Below are positions 22,995 to 23,329 of a DNA stretch of 23,329 bases, piece after piece (the first letter of the stretch is position 1; each line of letters starts with the position of its first letter). Both the position numbers and the translations under genes were made by a program. The DNA comes from an uncultured virus (IMG/VR IMGVR_UViG_3300044653_000122) (lineage: Duplodnaviria; Heunggongvirae; Uroviricota; Caudoviricetes). The notes under the pieces were generated by a model. It was not told the DNA's origin. It made no database searches and saw only the letters and a program-made list of their open reading frames with translations. Location of the stretch: the IMG/VR virus record IMGVR_UViG_3300044653_000122, one strand, 5' to 3'.

Positions 22995-23323
22995 GTGGCG
23001 ACCCAGTCTCGATCGATCATGGTTTGCCACGATCCGGCAGATCGACACCTCGGTGTATCTACAGCTGTGGCGACCCAGTTCCGATCGATCATGGTTTGCC
23101 ACCCCTCGTGTGGCTCGGTGACGAACTCGCACACCCAATAGTGGCGACCCAGTTCCGATCGATCATGGTTTGCCACCTCCTGAGATGGCTCCCGTGATCG
23201 TCCCTGAGTTGACGGTGGCGACCCAGTTCCGATCGATCATGGTTTGCCACGGGTGATGACCTTGCGGCTCCTCGAAGGAGACGCTGAGTGGCGACCCAGT
23301 TCCGATCGATCATGGTTTGCCAC
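22995..23323. CRISPR. CRISPR array, 36-bp repeat GTGGCGACCCAGTTCCGATCGATCATGGTTTGCCAC, 5 repeats and 4 spacers, truncated by the window end
   Basis: Repeats at 22995, 23067, 23141, 23215, 23288; unique spacers of 36, 38, 38, 37 nt; first repeat has 2 substitutions. Confidence 0.95.
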
Positions 23324-23329
23324 CGCCCA

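Overview
A GC-rich, gene-dense window of short, mostly hypothetical ORFs with no bacterial housekeeping genes; it reads as the accessory region of a large phage or other mobile element. Recognisable genes: an AlkB-family dioxygenase, a truncated phage-type DNA methyltransferase, a SWIM zinc-finger protein, a XerC/D-like tyrosine recombinase, an orphan HicB-like protein and an ibrA-GNAT-ibrB operon. A CRISPR array (36-bp repeat, 5 copies, no cas genes in view) runs off the right edge. Unannotated structure: (1) 19 copies (plus 2 variants) of a TTGATC-N14-[C/T/G]TGTA[G/A] motif, 14 of them exactly 7 nt before an ATG, suggesting a leaderless-mRNA promoter that defines single-gene cassettes; (2) a tRNA-Ala-like RNA without a normal anticodon arm, followed by a second structured RNA and a minigene; (3) six 18-bp semi-palindromic repeats upstream of the recombinase; (4) several other hairpin-rich non-coding blocks. 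All calls are by eye; no searches or folding programs were run.
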